A stretch of 64,000 nt of DNA from a virus (IMGVR_UViG_3300005439_000017:20020-84019), one strand, 5' to 3'. Shown: positions 28,029 to 38,627, numbered from the stretch's first letter. A program made the numbers and translations. Notes: generated by a model from the letters alone, not told the origin.

Positions 28029-28846
28029 CCACAATCTGAATTATTACACAATCTATTAACCAGATCTATAGTCTTTTGAGCATCTATGTACATTCCTGAA
28101 GCATATTGTGCTCTTGCTCCTCTTATCAGGGTATATAATCTCATGCTCAACATTATAGAATCGTTTTCACAATCAGAGCAACATGTATCAGCAGTAGCTA
28201 TTAGCTTTTGTTCGCAACACTCAGCATTATATGTATTTAAGAACATATACTGGATTGTAGAGCCAATATAAGGGGTCTGAGCAACTATATTGCTTAATCC
28301 AGTATAAGGCTTAATCAATTGAAAGGTAGTTGAACTAAGCCCTTGTAATACCTGATATGGAACACCATCTATTCTTATAAAAGTTCCAGCTGTGTATTTA
28401 GCAGCTAATTGGCTACTAGAACAAGTTACTATTGTACTTCCAGTAGATATAGAATAGTTGCCTAAAGTACTAAGAGTACTCCATATATAGTAATTAAATT
28501 CATATATACCATCAGATAACACGTTCTGGCCAGATGTTGTAAGACTCAATGTGGTACTATCTATAGCCAATATTGAAGTATTAACAGGTATCCAATTAGA
28601 TCCTGAACTGTAAGATAGAGTTACTACAGTCTTATTAGGAATTGTGATTAATATATCTGTTATATCAATCTTATCTGGTTTAGTAGCATTAGTTGTGCTT
28701 TTAGACACATTTAAATTATTCCTAGTAGTAACACCATTCCAATAATTAACACTATTAACTATGTTATCTACAGGAGTATTATCACTAAGACTAATGACTT
28801 TGCCGTCTGTTGATATGGTTCCTGATAATTGTATTTCTAAAGTCAT
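28013..28846 (-). CDS. Putative tail hub protein A-like
   Basis: 277 aa with DGIYEFNY motif and a Cys-rich C-terminus ending CNNSDCGCGCG. Confidence 0.55.
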   Translation of the reverse strand: MTLEIQLSGTISTDGKVISLSDNTPVDNIVNSVNYWNGVTTRNNLNVSKSTTNATKPDKIDITDILITIPNKTVVTLSYSSGSNWIPVNTSILAIDSTTLSLTTSGQNVLSDGIYEFNYYIWSTLSTLGNYSISTGSTIVTCSSSQLAAKYTAGTFIRIDGVPYQVLQGLSSTTFQLIKPYTGLSNIVAQTPYIGSTIQYMFLNTYNAECCEQKLIATADTCCSDCENDSIMLSMRLYTLIRGARAQYASGMYIDAQKTIDLVNRLCNNSDCGCGCG

Positions 28847-29229
28847 TACTTCTTTTTTGCAAAAAATTGACCTACATATTTGAATATGTCAATTCCTGTT
28901 ATTTCTTTTAAATTCTCTCTCAAACTTTGTACTTCAGCAGCAGCTATTATAAACACTACTACATCTACAAAAGGTACCTTACTACCATATCTATTTTGTA
29001 GCATAAGTTCCAAACTATAAGCAACTAAAATAGCTATAAAATATCCGACAGTAGTCCATCCTTTAGTTATTATTTTGTGGCTAACTATACCTTCTTCAGT
29101 TTTATGGCCCTTTATTAACCCTGTCACCCAATCTGCCAGAGATAATGCTCCTACCACCCATAATATATCAATTAAAGGAGTAAAGAATGTAACAATAGCC
29201 CCTAATATATAAGCTAAATATTTGTTCAT
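28846..29229 (-). CDS. Holin (phage_holin_4_1 / TcdE-like)
   Basis: Multiple TM segments with ADWVTGLIKG and EVQSLRENL motifs. Confidence 0.8.
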   Translation of the reverse strand: MNKYLAYILGAIVTFFTPLIDILWVVGALSLADWVTGLIKGHKTEEGIVSHKIITKGWTTVGYFIAILVAYSLELMLQNRYGSKVPFVDVVVFIIAAAEVQSLRENLKEITGIDIFKYVGQFFAKKK

Positions 29230-31169
29230 TATGGTTCATATGTTGCTAAACGGTTGCTAATATTTAAAATTTGTTCGGCTGTAGCTTCTACTAATAGAAA
29301 CTGCTCAGATAGCATAACACCACCAAATACATCTGTAGGATTTCCTGTAGCTGTTCTAACTTGATTTAAAGAGAAAGTTAAAGCTCCAGTATTTACTGTA
29401 TTTTTTAATTCTCCATTCAGATAAGCATTTTGCTCTAAACGCAAACTCATAGCATAAATGTTATATACTGTTTGATCATCAGTTTCATAGTATCTGTCTA
29501 CAAAAACTGAACCATCAGTTCTATAAGCATATTCCGTGTTTTGAGGAGTAGTATTTAGAACACCTGCTGTAACAAATGGAACAGTACTTAAAGAACTAGC
29601 TAACATGCTTGGTGCTCCAAAAGCTGGAGTATCTATATCTTTACATTGAACTATAAGTGTCATAGGCATGCCAGTACCTGTAAAATACGTATCTGAAAAG
29701 ACAGTATTTATTCCATCATTTATACTATAGGTTGCAATTACTACTCCCGAGTCAACCGAATAGGCTGGTGCATTTGTTACAAAGTTTCTGGTTATTGCTG
29801 TATTCATATCATAAATCTTTACAAAATTTCCAGAGCTTTCGGTATATCCTGTTATCTGAGGATTTGTAAACCCAAATACTTTCTCGAAGTAATCTTCTGT
29901 TTCAAGATCTAATTTACTACCTTTTATATATTCGTTTATTGTATCCCATGTTATTGTGCCACCATCTTTATCAACAAAAACAAAATGGTTCATAGCCTGA
30001 CCATCATTCGCTATTGTATTACTATTAGCTGATGTATTAGCTCCTTGGTATGCTCTTACTCTAATATAATAGTTAACAGGAGTATTATTAAAAAATCTCG
30101 AAATAATATTGCCCATTTTATTATACCCAGCTGGACTGGGGTGAATTCCATCTATGGTGTCAATTCCTGCTTGAGCACTTTGTTGCGTTATTCTACTCCT
30201 TCTGTACATATCCCAACATTCTAGTCCGTGGGCATTGGCTCTTTCCATTATAGCGTCTACGTAATCTGTAAACGGTATAGCGTATGGATAATCGGAGCGT
30301 TCTATAGGAGTTGTAAGTATTATTCTAGCATCAGGATAAGAAGCTTTTAAACCCTCTATAATTTTGTTTAATCCCCCATTAAATTCATATTCGTCTGTGC
30401 TTGTTGGTGATCCAATAGGAATTTGATATCTATAATCATTTTCTCCTCCGGACAATATAATTATTCCTTTTCCTGTAGCTACATCTGTATATCTATTGCA
30501 CATAGAAAATGTAGAGTCTCCTACATCTACTCTAGCAATAGTACTATCAGGAATTCCTAAATTCTGTATTGGATAAATGTGGGTCCCATTAATAACCTGA
30601 GAGTAAGCACTATCTGCTTCCCACAGATAGATAATAGAATCTCCTATCCAACTAATACCCCAATATACCTCCCACCAATCTTGAATAGCAGTAATTAGCG
30701 CTGCTTGTGGTCCAGTTGCACCACCATTTGCAGCAATAGAAACAATATTTGATGATGTTGAAACATCTGTTACAGATAACAAATTTTCGCTGTTATTTAT
30801 TACACCTTCGCCTTTTATTTCTCTGTATAACCTGCTTATGAGATTTTTCTGTGTATCGTTAAATACATCTCCTGCTCCTTCTTGTGCTAATATAAATACT
30901 GATGCGTCTGGGTCGTATTTATCTATTGTAGTTGTTAGTACATTTCCTACATCTTTGTTGTTGTAACCTGGAAGAAATTGAGTAAAAGCAGCATCCCATG
31001 CTACATCAACACGATAACCACCAACTCCAATTACAGCAGCCCAGTTTACATCGAAAGTAGTTTCTGTAATATTATTAGATATGGATTGCGAAGGAGCTGG
31101 TATTACAACTCCTCCTGACAATGCCTTTCTAACGTTCTTATCTAACCCTGTTCCTAAGCCTAATTTCAT
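29229..31169 (-). CDS. Virion-associated protein: FN3 domain interrupted by an SGNH/GDSL esterase
   Basis: GDS (30636-30644), GGEND and DGIHP (30138-30152) catalytic blocks, flanked by two FN3 halves. Confidence 0.8.
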   Translation of the reverse strand: MKLGLGTGLDKNVRKALSGGVVIPAPSQSISNNITETTFDVNWAAVIGVGGYRVDVAWDAAFTQFLPGYNNKDVGNVLTTTIDKYDPDASVFILAQEGAGDVFNDTQKNLISRLYREIKGEGVINNSENLLSVTDVSTSSNIVSIAANGGATGPQAALITAIQDWWEVYWGISWIGDSIIYLWEADSAYSQVINGTHIYPIQNLGIPDSTIARVDVGDSTFSMCNRYTDVATGKGIIILSGGENDYRYQIPIGSPTSTDEYEFNGGLNKIIEGLKASYPDARIILTTPIERSDYPYAIPFTDYVDAIMERANAHGLECWDMYRRSRITQQSAQAGIDTIDGIHPSPAGYNKMGNIISRFFNNTPVNYYIRVRAYQGANTSANSNTIANDGQAMNHFVFVDKDGGTITWDTINEYIKGSKLDLETEDYFEKVFGFTNPQITGYTESSGNFVKIYDMNTAITRNFVTNAPAYSVDSGVVIATYSINDGINTVFSDTYFTGTGMPMTLIVQCKDIDTPAFGAPSMLASSLSTVPFVTAGVLNTTPQNTEYAYRTDGSVFVDRYYETDDQTVYNIYAMSLRLEQNAYLNGELKNTVNTGALTFSLNQVRTATGNPTDVFGGVMLSEQFLLVEATAEQILNISNRLATYEP

Positions 31170-31483
31170 TATATATTATTATATAATCTTACTGTTCCAG
31201 AACTCATGGAAATGGAGGTCAGCTTTATAAAATATAATACAGTTCCTGCTGGTAGTGTTATACCTTGTAGTGCTTGATAAGAATCAACACTTTCTCCTTC
31301 GGCAGTGATTGTGGTTATTATAGAATCTGTTACTACTTGTAGTACGGTATATGATAAATTCTCATACAAACCTGTATCTCCATCTGCTATCGTTACTATA
31401 TTTCCAGCTCTTCCGAATGCTTTATCGTTTCCTGTACTAACTACTTTTAGTATATTGCTTGATATTTTCTCTAATAGTGTCAT
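31169..31483 (-). CDS. Small structural protein
   Basis: 104 aa, beta-rich (GITLPAGTVLY...SGTVRLY), coupled to its neighbours. Confidence 0.55.
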   Translation of the reverse strand: MTLLEKISSNILKVVSTGNDKAFGRAGNIVTIADGDTGLYENLSYTVLQVVTDSIITTITAEGESVDSYQALQGITLPAGTVLYFIKLTSISMSSGTVRLYNNI

Positions 31484-31920
31484 TATTCTGCGTTTACTAT
31501 GTTTCCTGGTGCGTTTACTTCAATAACTTCATATGTTACATACAGATCTACTTTAAGGTCTCCTCCTGTCGGATTACCTGTATTAGAAGATAGATATAAC
31601 GCCTGATTAGGATAGAATTGATCTTGATCTGTTCCTGGTAGAACTTTAATAAATGTTTGCCAACATTCTATACTAGCTATTAATCCTAAGAAATCAACAG
31701 AAGATTGAAACATTGGGGCTCCTCCTGGTGATACAGATAATTGAAGATTAGTCGTATAGGGTAATCCTACTGCGAGAGGGTCGTAATATACTCTAGCTAT
31801 TATTGATATAGGATTTATTATCTTGTTTGCTCCGGGAGCAGGGATAAGCGCTATCGGAGAGTTCAATATACCACAACTAAGTAGTTGGGTATCTGTTAGT
31901 TCGAATTTTTTGGTTATCAT
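31483..31920 (-). CDS. Structural protein, paralog of 31920-32348
   Basis: Shares SP..LIPA.G..K.I..., PYT.NLQLSV...GAP.FQS...FLGL and GDP/GNP motifs with the neighbour. Confidence 0.65.
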   Translation of the reverse strand: MITKKFELTDTQLLSCGILNSPIALIPAPGANKIINPISIIARVYYDPLAVGLPYTTNLQLSVSPGGAPMFQSSVDFLGLIASIECWQTFIKVLPGTDQDQFYPNQALYLSSNTGNPTGGDLKVDLYVTYEVIEVNAPGNIVNAE

Positions 31921-32348
31921 TAAATATTTACTGTTTTATTATCTGGTTGTGTATCTATAATCTCATAAGTTACATATATATTTACTGGTAAAGTACCAGT
32001 GGTTGGATCTCCAGATACACAATATAGTACTATAGGATCATTATCAATAGCTTGATTAATATCATTTCCTATAGCTGTTGGTATGAAGTACTGTCTACAA
32101 AAAGTTGTAGCTGTTAATCCTAGAAATTGTGACATTGATTGGAATATTGGTGCCCCATCTGCTCCAACAGAAAGTTGTAAATTTGACGTATAAGGTATAG
32201 CTGACGGTGTGTTGTAATACACTTCTCCCATAACAGATAGTACGTGTATTAGCTTACCTACCCCTGCAGCAGGTATTAAAATAACTGGAGAACTATTACA
32301 AGATTGAATATCGGAATAAGATATATTTATCTTTTTGGTAATTACCAT
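31920..32348 (-). CDS. Structural protein, paralog of 31483-31920
   Basis: Colinear similarity to the neighbouring ORF over the full length. Confidence 0.65.
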   Translation of the reverse strand: MVITKKINISYSDIQSCNSSPVILIPAAGVGKLIHVLSVMGEVYYNTPSAIPYTSNLQLSVGADGAPIFQSMSQFLGLTATTFCRQYFIPTAIGNDINQAIDNDPIVLYCVSGDPTTGTLPVNIYVTYEIIDTQPDNKTVNI

Positions 32349-32887
32349 TATTTTCCGTCTATTTTAAAATATAATGTAAAAGTTATATCTGTTATCGAGC
32401 CTGATGTGTTTTTTAGTTGAAAATTGTATTGACCGTTTGCAACAACTTCGGAAGTAGGATAATAAGTAATCGTTGTAGGATCTACATCCGACGCACCCCA
32501 GCTTGTTAATGTTGAAATAAAAATAGTATCTAAACTTATGAAAGAATTAAAAAGCGTTATACTCACAATATCATCTATAGGAACAGTGGGGAAGTACCAC
32601 GTAATTCTGCCACTAGTCTCATTAAAAGTAATCGTAGGATCATCAGCAGCATCTAGAAAATTATCTACGTACTTATCTGATTTAGTATCTGTAACGACCT
32701 TTAATGTGGCTGGATTCACTATAGTGTCTGTTGATGTTCCAGTATCTACTTCTGCTTGTGACGCAAATGGTAGACTTGAATTTAGAAATGGAAGAAAATA
32801 CTCCCATCTAATACTTCTTGGTGCTCTTGAGTTATTGAAGGACAATAGAATACTGTCCTGACTTGATAGGTTTTTTACATCTGCCAT
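32348..32887 (-). CDS. Head/tail fibre-like protein
   Basis: Fibre repeat FASQAEVDTGTSTDTIVNPATLK. Confidence 0.55.
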   Translation of the reverse strand: MADVKNLSSQDSILLSFNNSRAPRSIRWEYFLPFLNSSLPFASQAEVDTGTSTDTIVNPATLKVVTDTKSDKYVDNFLDAADDPTITFNETSGRITWYFPTVPIDDIVSITLFNSFISLDTIFISTLTSWGASDVDPTTITYYPTSEVVANGQYNFQLKNTSGSITDITFTLYFKIDGK

Positions 32888-32901
32888 TATTGTAATTATA
32901 T

Positions 32902-32942
32902 AAAAATAAGGAAATCAGGGATTTCTCCCCGAGATCCTTATT
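32902..32942 (-). terminator. Intrinsic terminator
   Basis: AATAAGGA-TC-TCGGGGA-GAAA-TCCCTGA-TT-TCCTTATT-TTT after the 421-aa gene. Confidence 0.75.
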
Positions 32943-32955
32943 AGTAATTTAAAGA

Positions 32956-34221
32956 TTAAAGACCGGCTCCTGTAAACCTATTAGGTGTGGTAGCTACCCA
33001 AGCATTCAGACAAGTTTGAATAGTTGTCAGAGCTGTAGCATTAGCCAGTTTGGAAGGAATAGCAATAATAGTCTCTTGGGGCCTTGTAGCATGACCATCG
33101 GTGTAGGCACGATCGAAGATTGCATCATGAGTGATTACTATTGTATTGTAGCTTTCCTCTTTAGAGAAATCACTAGAAGAGAAAGCAGATCCTGAAGCTG
33201 TAATTGCAACAGTTGCCCCTACAAATGGTTCTGTAATTGTAAATGCTGATGTATTAGTACCATCATTTGTAACAGAATCTATTGTATAGCGAACACCTTG
33301 CACCCAAATCGAATCACCTGCTTGCAGTAGAATACCAGCAATATCGCCAGTAGTTGTACCAACAGATACTGAGTTCTGAGTAAAGTTAATCGTACCAGTA
33401 GCACTTGTAGAAGTGAAGGTAGAATTAGGTTGGTTTACAATGAAATCAGTAATTGTTTTTGGCAGCCAGATTCTATTCAGATATCCTTGATATCCTTGTG
33501 AATAGTCTTCAATTTCTTGAAGTTGAGCTATAGTGTTAGTACCAATATAGTTGTCTACATCATAGGTAATCGGAGTAGTATTCCAGGCTTCACTAGTACC
33601 TACTCTGAAGAAATACTTAGGGTTTTTACCTTTTAGTTTTATGCCCCACGCTGTTGCGCTTGTTAAACCATTAGTGCCAGTACCATTACCTATAACAGAT
33701 GCTGATACAAATGAATCAGGATCGTTATTAATGGCAGTTACGAAGTATGTAGCAATCTCAAGCTGAGTCGCAGAACTATCTGATGGGTAATTATACCTTT
33801 TCGGTACTTGCCTAATTTCTTTCTCTGCTTGATCAATTACTGACAATTCATATTCAACGCCAGAAGTAGCAACGATATCACCAGTACCTGTTGCCAGAGT
33901 CTTAGGTGAGCCTGCTGGATGTAATCCCACATAAGTAATTTGATTTCTACCAGAGATAAATTTCTGACCTTTATACCCAGTAACACCAACACCTATGACA
34001 GGGAAGGATACAATGTTGCCTATTTTAACATCAGAGCTATTTACAACTCTTTGTACGATATTAATACTAGGACTGTTTACGATTGTTTCAGCAGCTCCTA
34101 GCTGTGTCCAATCTTGTTTAAATGCAGCGATTCCTCCATCAGGAAGTGTACTTGTAGTTAGGCCAGAGGCTGCTACAGCTACATCTTTTGATACGAGCAA
34201 TCTAAACACTTTGTTCATCAT
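32956..34221 (-). CDS. Auxiliary capsid / head decoration protein (crAss-like)
   Basis: 421 aa, Thr/Ala-rich, downstream of MCP and ring genes, followed by a terminator. Confidence 0.6.
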   Translation of the reverse strand: MMNKVFRLLVSKDVAVAASGLTTSTLPDGGIAAFKQDWTQLGAAETIVNSPSINIVQRVVNSSDVKIGNIVSFPVIGVGVTGYKGQKFISGRNQITYVGLHPAGSPKTLATGTGDIVATSGVEYELSVIDQAEKEIRQVPKRYNYPSDSSATQLEIATYFVTAINNDPDSFVSASVIGNGTGTNGLTSATAWGIKLKGKNPKYFFRVGTSEAWNTTPITYDVDNYIGTNTIAQLQEIEDYSQGYQGYLNRIWLPKTITDFIVNQPNSTFTSTSATGTINFTQNSVSVGTTTGDIAGILLQAGDSIWVQGVRYTIDSVTNDGTNTSAFTITEPFVGATVAITASGSAFSSSDFSKEESYNTIVITHDAIFDRAYTDGHATRPQETIIAIPSKLANATALTTIQTCLNAWVATTPNRFTGAGL

Positions 34222-34246
34222 TAGTTTTTAATTTAATTGTTATTTA

Positions 34247-35098
34247 TTATTCTTGTCCTTGTAAAAGGGCGGAATTCGTTGGAAAACGTTTGGATTCTAT
34301 ATCTTCTAATGCTATATTAACAGCAATATTAACTATCTCAGCATGAGTATGTTCTGGCAATTCACAATCTATACTATTTAGTACAACTGTACCGATACCT
34401 GTGAAATTAGGATTTTGAGCTATGAAAGTCTGCCCTACTGTCAATACTACTCCGTTATGAGTAATAGAGGCAGAAGCGACTCTGTAAAGCTTCCCAGGTA
34501 TTAACCCTCCACTTAATACTATTGTATTTGTTGAAAATGTTATAGTAACTGGTCTTTTTAGATAAGTGAGATAATAGCTGCCTATAGTGAATTTACCAAA
34601 TGTCAAGGCTTGTATCTTATTTCCCATCATTAGTCTTGAGCCAAAAGCTTCAGTAGAAGCTGAGGGATCTGGTATTGCAAACGGATCATCCTTTGTGACA
34701 AGATATTCATTGCTGGTTATACCAACAAATCCTAACCTTGTTGCCTTGTTTTCTTCGTTACAATCAACGTAATTGACTTCTGCTTCTTCCTGCCAAGCAA
34801 ACCAATAATCTGCTGGTAAATCGAAGAAAAAGCCATTTGGTTTGGCACCTGCTTGACTAGCTGATAGAGATAAGATCGTATCAGGTATTAATATTGTCCT
34901 AAGATCGTCTGTTCTTTTCTGAGTTTCCTCGAAAGTAGTCTTTAGAGTATTATTACCTGATAGTCTTACTTTAACATATCTCTCCTGAGATCTGTTTAAA
35001 AAGATGTCTATTTCTTCAGGCAGTATGTTCTTGTAGTAATTAGCTTCAATTCTATCAAGAAGTACTCTAAAGTTTATATGCATCTCGTTAACAGTCAT
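34247..35098 (-). CDS. Head-tail ring protein (crAss-like)
   Basis: PEEIDIFLNRSQ...FEETQKRTDDLR...CELPEHTHAEIVNIAV motifs. Confidence 0.75.
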   Translation of the reverse strand: MTVNEMHINFRVLLDRIEANYYKNILPEEIDIFLNRSQERYVKVRLSGNNTLKTTFEETQKRTDDLRTILIPDTILSLSASQAGAKPNGFFFDLPADYWFAWQEEAEVNYVDCNEENKATRLGFVGITSNEYLVTKDDPFAIPDPSASTEAFGSRLMMGNKIQALTFGKFTIGSYYLTYLKRPVTITFSTNTIVLSGGLIPGKLYRVASASITHNGVVLTVGQTFIAQNPNFTGIGTVVLNSIDCELPEHTHAEIVNIAVNIALEDIESKRFPTNSALLQGQE

Positions 35099-35859
35099 TA
35101 GATTTTAGTTTCCTCGTTTTTAAGTTTCAGAGCCTTTAAAAGGTCTGATTTCTTTGGATTTTTAAGGTTATTTAGAGTCAGATTAATATCTGCACCCATC
35201 ATATCCTCTCCATAGTAATATGCACCATTTTTGATCTTGAAGATCTTTTTCTGTACCAAGTCTTCAATAAGAACCCTCATAGTCTTATCTTTATCTTCAT
35301 AAAGTTTAATAAACTGATCAGTTTCTTTCTCTGCTTTAGCTTTAAGAGTCCTTTTAATAACAACAGGTTTCATATTGTAGGTTTTGTACCCAAACAGTTT
35401 AAGGAAATCTGATTGTTCTTCTGAACTCATATCTGCAAGATATTTGTAAGCCATGAGTTGATTATCGAATTCTCTAACCTCTTTTTCAGCTTCCAAAGTC
35501 TCATTATACATGATATAAATCGACCAAGGTTTAATCTTATCTCTAGACTCTGCTATATCTCTCTTTGATCTTAGTACCAGATATTCAAGTTTCTGTGCAG
35601 GGTCTGTAAGATCAAATGTTCTTTCTTTGTTAGTCATTACTACTGCAAACTCATTCCAGAATACAGATTCAGGACTCAAATCCAGATTTAACTTTTGTCC
35701 TAGCTCGTCAGCCTCTTCTTTAGTGAGACCTGTTACTTTCTTACCTAACTTATTTCTTCCGATTGAATACCAGCGCCTACAGTTAGGATAAACTCCAAAT
35801 TGTGTTCTACCTTTGGATGGTAGTGGTTTTACTATTACTATTTCTTGTGTATTTTGCAT
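35098..35859 (-). CDS. Conserved crAss-like protein downstream of MCP
   Basis: 253 aa in the canonical position after the major capsid gene. Confidence 0.55.
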   Translation of the reverse strand: MQNTQEIVIVKPLPSKGRTQFGVYPNCRRWYSIGRNKLGKKVTGLTKEEADELGQKLNLDLSPESVFWNEFAVVMTNKERTFDLTDPAQKLEYLVLRSKRDIAESRDKIKPWSIYIMYNETLEAEKEVREFDNQLMAYKYLADMSSEEQSDFLKLFGYKTYNMKPVVIKRTLKAKAEKETDQFIKLYEDKDKTMRVLIEDLVQKKIFKIKNGAYYYGEDMMGADINLTLNNLKNPKKSDLLKALKLKNEETKI

Positions 35860-35871
35860 AAAATTTTATTT

Positions 35872-35896
35872 AAAAGGGGCAATATTTCATGCCCCT
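35872..35896 (-). terminator. Intrinsic terminator after major capsid gene
   Basis: AGGGGCA-TGAAATAT-TGCCCCT-TTT. Confidence 0.75.
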
Positions 35897-35914
35897 AACT
35901 ATTTTTTTTTTCTT

Positions 35915-37387
35915 TTAGAATGATGCCAGGTCAAATACCAGCTCTCCACATGACAGAGGGTTGGTAATTCTAATACCTTTCTCAGCCAGGAAGTGTACTG
36001 TCCATCCATCAAGACCATTAGATCTCATGGTATTCATATAACCTTTAAGGTTATCAGCGCCAGCAGCTCCACCTGGAGTTTGTGCACCAGCAGTATACCA
36101 GCTCAGGAATGAACGATCTATACCATCAGCACCTTTAGCAACCATTGAGATGTTAGATTCTCCACCATACATAGAGAAGTCGAGAATTGTACAACGATAT
36201 GACTCAATTGGTTTCAGTGTTACCGGATGAAGCTCCCTGTTGTTAACTGGGTTATCGTACAGAGGATTGTGTACCAGAGTAAGTTCTGTTCCATTCAGAC
36301 CTTTGTATTTAATGAACTGTCCTTGCAGAGTAAGCTCTTGCCCAGAACCAGCAATAAATACGTCTGAATTAACAATTTGATAACGCTGAACTGAGTTTTT
36401 CATTGCTTTATCAAAAGCATCGAAGAACCAATATCCGCAGAATCCAATAAATTTGGTTTGTTCTGCATCTCTAGCGTTTTCCATCAAATCAGTAAGGAAT
36501 TGACGAACTACTTCTTCTGTTAGTTCGGTATAATAGCGTTTGTTAGCTGGAGCAATTTGTTCCAACACACCAGCACCAATGAATACAGGACGACCATTAG
36601 CACCTGGAAGGTGAACAGTTCCTTGAGGATCTTTGTTGTATTCTGAATACCAAAGCATCCTTTCACACTCATCTTGCCACTGAAGCATGAACTGATATTC
36701 CTGCTCATACATCCATAGCATAGAACCGCCTTTACCATCTCTTGCACCAACATTCAGCACCATTACATCAGTCTGAGCACCACCAGTCATGGTGAATTCT
36801 TTCCTCATGGTAGTGAGTTGGTTTTCAAACCACATAGGAGTAGCTTGATAGCTGGTTCCACCTTCTGAGTATTCCTCATAAGCAGAGAATTCTTTTGAGA
36901 ATTCTTTTCCTGGTTCCAGTTGAGTAGGATCTACGAACAAATCTGGATCTGGTTTCAGAAGCTGCAGAGTATAGATAAAATCTGTACCATCCTGATCAGG
37001 GTCAGTTTGAACACGAACCAGAGTTCTATCGTTAGTAGCAAGAACGTCACCAAGACCAAATATCTTTTGAGAAAGTTTTACTTGGAAAGTTGTTCTGTTG
37101 ATACCAGGAGTAGCTCCACCAGTTACTTGTGCCATAATAGGAACAGCAGTAGTCAGAAGCCCCATCAAAGGCCAGCGGTACTCTCTATTACCAATTATCT
37201 TATGTGTTTTAGACATTCGACCTGTGCCCTGTGTGTAAAAATTGAGAGCGTACTTCTTAGGCCCAAATGCATAGGCCAGAGTACTTGACAATATCTCTGG
37301 TTTTGTAAGCAGCGCAGTAGCAAGGTTATTTTGCTCTGTCATACCAGGTTGCCATTTCTGTTTAATAAACTGTAGATTGTTAACCAT
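35915..37387 (-). CDS. Major capsid protein (crAss-like, HK97 fold)
   Basis: 490 aa with NQLTTMRKEFTMTG and GAGVLEQI motifs, a high-expression codon style and position after portal and scaffold. Confidence 0.88.
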   Translation of the reverse strand: MVNNLQFIKQKWQPGMTEQNNLATALLTKPEILSSTLAYAFGPKKYALNFYTQGTGRMSKTHKIIGNREYRWPLMGLLTTAVPIMAQVTGGATPGINRTTFQVKLSQKIFGLGDVLATNDRTLVRVQTDPDQDGTDFIYTLQLLKPDPDLFVDPTQLEPGKEFSKEFSAYEEYSEGGTSYQATPMWFENQLTTMRKEFTMTGGAQTDVMVLNVGARDGKGGSMLWMYEQEYQFMLQWQDECERMLWYSEYNKDPQGTVHLPGANGRPVFIGAGVLEQIAPANKRYYTELTEEVVRQFLTDLMENARDAEQTKFIGFCGYWFFDAFDKAMKNSVQRYQIVNSDVFIAGSGQELTLQGQFIKYKGLNGTELTLVHNPLYDNPVNNRELHPVTLKPIESYRCTILDFSMYGGESNISMVAKGADGIDRSFLSWYTAGAQTPGGAAGADNLKGYMNTMRSNGLDGWTVHFLAEKGIRITNPLSCGELVFDLASF

Positions 37388-37414
37388 TAATCATAGTTTT
37401 AGTTATATTTATTG

Positions 37415-38542
37415 TTATTTATTGTTCTTAAGAAAAGGTAGTTGCCATTTACTGAAATCAATGTCTTTTCCATCTTCTTTTGTTTGTTCTTTTGCTTTTG
37501 TAGCTATCTTATTACCAGTATCGGTAAATTTGGTTATTGCTTTCTTAACTTCCTTGGTAGCCTCTGTTTTAGCCTTAGTTTTAATATCATCATATTTAAA
37601 ATCAAGGAAAGACGCATAAGCCATTTTCAAAGCAGCATGCTTATCTGCTTTTGTTTTCCTCTCATATGGGGTTAAACCCTCTTTATCTTTCTGAGTAAGA
37701 TACTTAATGAAGTCTGGTTTTTTAGCCTCATTTAGAGGTAACCCTCCAATTTCAGAAGAGGTTTTTATAGTATGAACTACATCAGCCCAATAGTTTTCGA
37801 CTCTCTTCTTGTGTTCTGCCATTGCTTGTTCTTGGTCTTTTATCAGATTTTGCTTAGATTGTTCATCTAGTTTTCCAAGCTTCTTTTTAGCAATTTTGGC
37901 TTCTTTTTCAGTTATACCAGCAGCTTCATATCCTTCAATCTTATCTTTAATATCTTCATCATCGTATCCTTCCCTTTCGAGAAGGGATTTTATAACAAAT
38001 TTCTGATTGATAATATTATCTTCCCCCTCTATAGTTAGATCTGAATAATCTGGAGATTGTAGAAAGGTTTTGATGAATTTCTCTGGCTTTCCACCGTTTT
38101 TAAGATAATCATAAAGATCCCCCATCAACCCATCTCCCATTTCCTTGATACCATCTAGTTCTTGTTCAATAGTGCTTGCTGCAATATCTTTAAGATAAGA
38201 AGCTATTCCTGAGATGCCAGCATTAAGATACTCTTCGTCTACATCTCCTTCTAGACCTAATTCATCATTAATTAACTTATAGAAGCTTTTTACAGACTCT
38301 GTTTCATCAACCTCTTCTGTTTCTGTCTCGGGTTTCTCTTTTTCTTCCTTTTCGACTTCTTCAGTTTCTGGTTTAGACTCTTCTTCCTTTGTTTCTTCTT
38401 TAGTCTCCTCTTTTTCCTCAGTCTTTACTTCGACTTCTTCCTTTACTTCTTCCTCTTTTACAGATTCAAAAGTATCAGAAAGAATATTGTCCAGACTAAA
38501 GTCTTCCCAGTTAATTTCTGTTTCTTGTGTTTCTTTACTCAT
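37415..38542 (-). CDS. Acidic scaffolding-like protein
   Basis: Glu/Lys-rich low-complexity N-terminus, between portal and MCP. Confidence 0.7.
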   Translation of the reverse strand: MSKETQETEINWEDFSLDNILSDTFESVKEEEVKEEVEVKTEEKEETKEETKEEESKPETEEVEKEEKEKPETETEEVDETESVKSFYKLINDELGLEGDVDEEYLNAGISGIASYLKDIAASTIEQELDGIKEMGDGLMGDLYDYLKNGGKPEKFIKTFLQSPDYSDLTIEGEDNIINQKFVIKSLLEREGYDDEDIKDKIEGYEAAGITEKEAKIAKKKLGKLDEQSKQNLIKDQEQAMAEHKKRVENYWADVVHTIKTSSEIGGLPLNEAKKPDFIKYLTQKDKEGLTPYERKTKADKHAALKMAYASFLDFKYDDIKTKAKTEATKEVKKAITKFTDTGNKIATKAKEQTKEDGKDIDFSKWQLPFLKNNK

Positions 38543-38627
38543 ATTCTCTCAAATTTAGTTAATTTTTATGATATTATAATTATTTTTATTATATTGATTT
38601 AAACTTTTTGTTGATTGTTATAGCTTT

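Noticed and set aside
35901-35912. Poly-A/T run after the capsid stop as a frameshift or read-through signal
   Set aside because: It lies outside the coding frame next to a terminator hairpin, and no extended ORF follows.
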